DNA of 64,000 nucleotides from Candidatus Heimdallarchaeota archaeon. Its GTDB lineage: Archaea; Asgardarchaeota; Heimdallarchaeia; JABLTI01. Location: the NCBI GenBank assembly GCA_018238155.1, contig JABCTZ010000018.1, forward strand, positions 1 through 64,000, in the 5' to 3' direction. A program made the position numbers and the translations under genes. Of the stretch, positions 61,946 through 64,000 are shown piece after piece. Within the stretch, counting starts at the first letter, position 1. Every line of letters begins with the position of its first letter. The notes under the pieces were generated by a model, which was not told where the DNA came from, ran no database searches, and saw only the letters and a list, made by a program, of their open reading frames with translations.

Positions 61946-64000
61946 TCAAACAATATCTACTCCTAAAAAGGGAGCGATCATAGATTGTTTGGTTACTTTA
62001 ATTTCCTCAGGAGTACCAGTTGCAATTATTTTTCCTCCTTTTGGCCCACCTTGAGGACCTAATTCAATAAGGAAATCCACATAGCTCAATACATCAACAT
62101 CATGTTCTATGATTAAAACAGTGTTTCCTTGTTCAACCAATTTATTTAGAAGAGTTATCAATTTCAAGACATCATTTTGATGGAGACCTGTTGTTGGTTC
62201 ATCGAACACATACAGAGTATTTTTCCTTTTTTTCGTTCGACCCAATTCCTTTGCTAGTTTTATTCGTTGAGCTTCTCCACCACTGAGAGTAGTAGTTGGT
62301 TGTCCTAATGTAATATAACCCATACCTATCTCCTCAAGAATTTCAAGATAATTATAAACTCGCTTTTCATCCTTGAAGACTTCTAGTGCATCTGTCACTG
62401 TTAGGTTAAGAATATCAGAAATGTTTTTGCCATTGAACTTTATGTCAAGTATCTCCGCTTTGTATCTTGTTCCATTACATTCGTTACAAGGTAAATCTAC
62501 TCGAGTAAAATAAGAAATTTGAAGTTCTATTGCTCCTGCACCTTTACAAATTGGGCATCTTCCCTCACTGTTATATGAAAATTGACCTTCGTTGTATTCT
62601 CTTTCCTTTGACAAAGATTGTTTAGCAAATAACTTTCGAACGGCATCCCAAAAACCAATATAGCTTGCAGGGGTGGATGTTTTCACTCGTCCAATTGGAG
62701 ATTGAGTAACAACAATACAATCCTTTATGTTATCCCAACCTGTGAGCTTTCCTTTAATTTCACCAATCTGATTACTCTCTTCTTCAGCTTCTTCTCCATT
62801 ATCTCTACTAGTAAAGCGCTCTCTTAACAAAGGAACCAAAGTATCACTGATTAACGAACTTTTTCCACTTCCAGAAACACCTGCAATGCCAACCAGAATA
62901 CCTAGCGGTATTTTTATCTTGAGATTCTTCAAATTGTTTGTCGTTATATTTTGTATTTCAAGATATTTCGTAGAAGAAGAGAGAGCTCTCCTTTGCTCAC
63001 CGGTTTTCTTTGGAATCATCATTTCTCCACTCATGAACTTTCCAGTGATGGATCTTTTCTCATGTAGAATGCCTTCTGCAGATCCTTGGTAAACAATTTC
63101 TCCACCTAGCTTTCCAGCTCCAGGACCAAGATCGATAATTTGATCTGCTTGAGAGATAATATTTCTATCATGTTCAACAATTATCAATGTATTACCCAAT
63201 TCTTTTAGTTCCTTTAAAATGGTCATTAGGTTTTCTTTCTCAAGTTCATGCATGCCCATTGAAGGTTCATCAAGAATATAGATTAAAGAATCCAAACCAG
63301 CATCTAAGTGAGTCATTAAACTTAGTCTTTGAAGTTCTCCTCCGGAAAGAGTCGCAAGACTACGGTATAAACTCAAATAAGAAATGCCTACAAGCCTTGC
63401 TTTTTTCAAACGTTGAAGAATATCCTCTTTAGAACTACGACCTAAATTAGTTATTATATGTTTATTATCAATCTTTTTAAAAAAGGTTATCAAATCATCA
63501 ATTGACATAGTACCCAATTCACCAAAATGTTTTCCATTAATTAATGCATCTTGTGAAGAGAGACATATTTTATAACCATTACAAGTGGGACAAACTAACT
63601 TTGTCATGAAATTTTTCACAATCTTATTTTGACGATATGCACTTGGTGACTCAGTTAAGACTCTATGTAGATAAGGAATAGCACCTTCAAATTTGGTTTC
63701 AAGCATACCTTCGAATCTTTTTGAAGACCATTTGATTTGCATAGTTTTATCAGAACCATACAAGAAGATATCTTGAATTTCTTGGGGAAGATCACAAAAG
63801 GAAGTATCAACAGAAAAATTCATTGCTTCTGTCAATCCTTTTGTTAATGTAAATAATGGTCCAAAGGATGCTGAACTTGATTTACAAATTTGTTTAATTG
63901 ATTTTGTAGAATCAGGAATAAGTTTCTCTTTTAGAAACTCTCGAATATATCCTCGCCCTTTACATTCAAGACACATCCCATTGGATTCATTAAATGTGAA
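61946..64000 (-). CDS. uvrA: UvrA-family ABC ATPase, 5' end outside the window
   Basis: LSGGELQR, GVSGSGKS, LSGGEAQRIKLA, DEPTTGLH, zinc-finger Cys pairs; frame open to the window edge. Confidence 0.9.
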   Translation of the reverse strand, partial: FTFNESNGMCLECKGRGYIREFLKEKLIPDSTKSIKQICKSSSASFGPLFTLTKGLTEAMNFSVDTSFCDLPQEIQDIFLYGSDKTMQIKWSSKRFEGMLETKFEGAIPYLHRVLTESPSAYRQNKIVKNFMTKLVCPTCNGYKICLSSQDALINGKHFGELGTMSIDDLITFFKKIDNKHIITNLGRSSKEDILQRLKKARLVGISYLSLYRSLATLSGGELQRLSLMTHLDAGLDSLIYILDEPSMGMHELEKENLMTILKELKELGNTLIIVEHDRNIISQADQIIDLGPGAGKLGGEIVYQGSAEGILHEKRSITGKFMSGEMMIPKKTGEQRRALSSSTKYLEIQNITTNNLKNLKIKIPLGILVGIAGVSGSGKSSLISDTLVPLLRERFTSRDNGEEAEEESNQIGEIKGKLTGWDNIKDCIVVTQSPIGRVKTSTPASYIGFWDAVRKLFAKQSLSKEREYNEGQFSYNSEGRCPICKGAGAIELQISYFTRVDLPCNECNGTRYKAEILDIKFNGKNISDILNLTVTDALEVFKDEKRVYNYLEILEEIGMGYITLGQPTTTLSGGEAQRIKLAKELGRTKKRKNTLYVFDEPTTGLHQNDVLKLITLLNKLVEQGNTVLIIEHDVDVLSYVDFLIELGPQGGPKGGKIIATGTPEEIKVTKQSMIAPFLGVDIV

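Noticed and set aside
1-64000. tRNA, rRNA and IS elements
   Set aside because: No GC-rich cloverleaf or rRNA-like segment and no transposase ORF recognised by eye; a tRNAscan-SE/Infernal run would be needed to exclude small RNAs formally

Overview
AT-rich prokaryotic chromosomal window with GGTGA/GGAG ribosome-binding sites and frequent TTG starts. The gene content points to an Asgard archaeon, probably Heimdallarchaeia (inference): TPR-longin and receptor-longin fusions, many surface proteins ending in a TM helix plus basic tail, and membrane Zn-ribbon/RING-like proteins. I found no rRNA, tRNA, CRISPR array or transposase. Layout: (1) 0.1-2.5 kb: secreted protein with a caspase/CHAT-like His-Cys dyad, a DPGG linker and a hydrophobic C-terminus, coupled to a 3-TM gene; a paralogous 3-TM gene follows behind a duplicated upstream sequence (candidate toxin-immunity module). 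(2) 2.7-19 kb: cell-surface locus with a frameshifted LVIVD gene, two tandem ~1420-aa beta-propeller/TSP3-like proteins showing gene conversion, and a divergent 1875-aa integrin-alpha-like receptor (7 FG-GAP-like repeats, Ig-like stalk, TM) with a cytoplasmic longin-like domain. (3) 19-34 kb: lactate permease, atypical CooS, PqqB-like hydrolase, flavin reductase, HypD plus activase, surface proteins, PlsY. (4) 34-52 kb: TPR proteins, YcaQ, FtsX-like permease, S9 peptidase, two DegV genes, and an operon of RlmN-like radical SAM, isochorismatase and CxxC-less oxidoreductase. (5) 52-55 kb: cluster of decayed or hidden genes. (6) 56-64 kb: surface beta-propeller, SWIM, SNF2 and a window-truncated UvrA-like gene. 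All family calls come from motif recognition by eye, not database searches.
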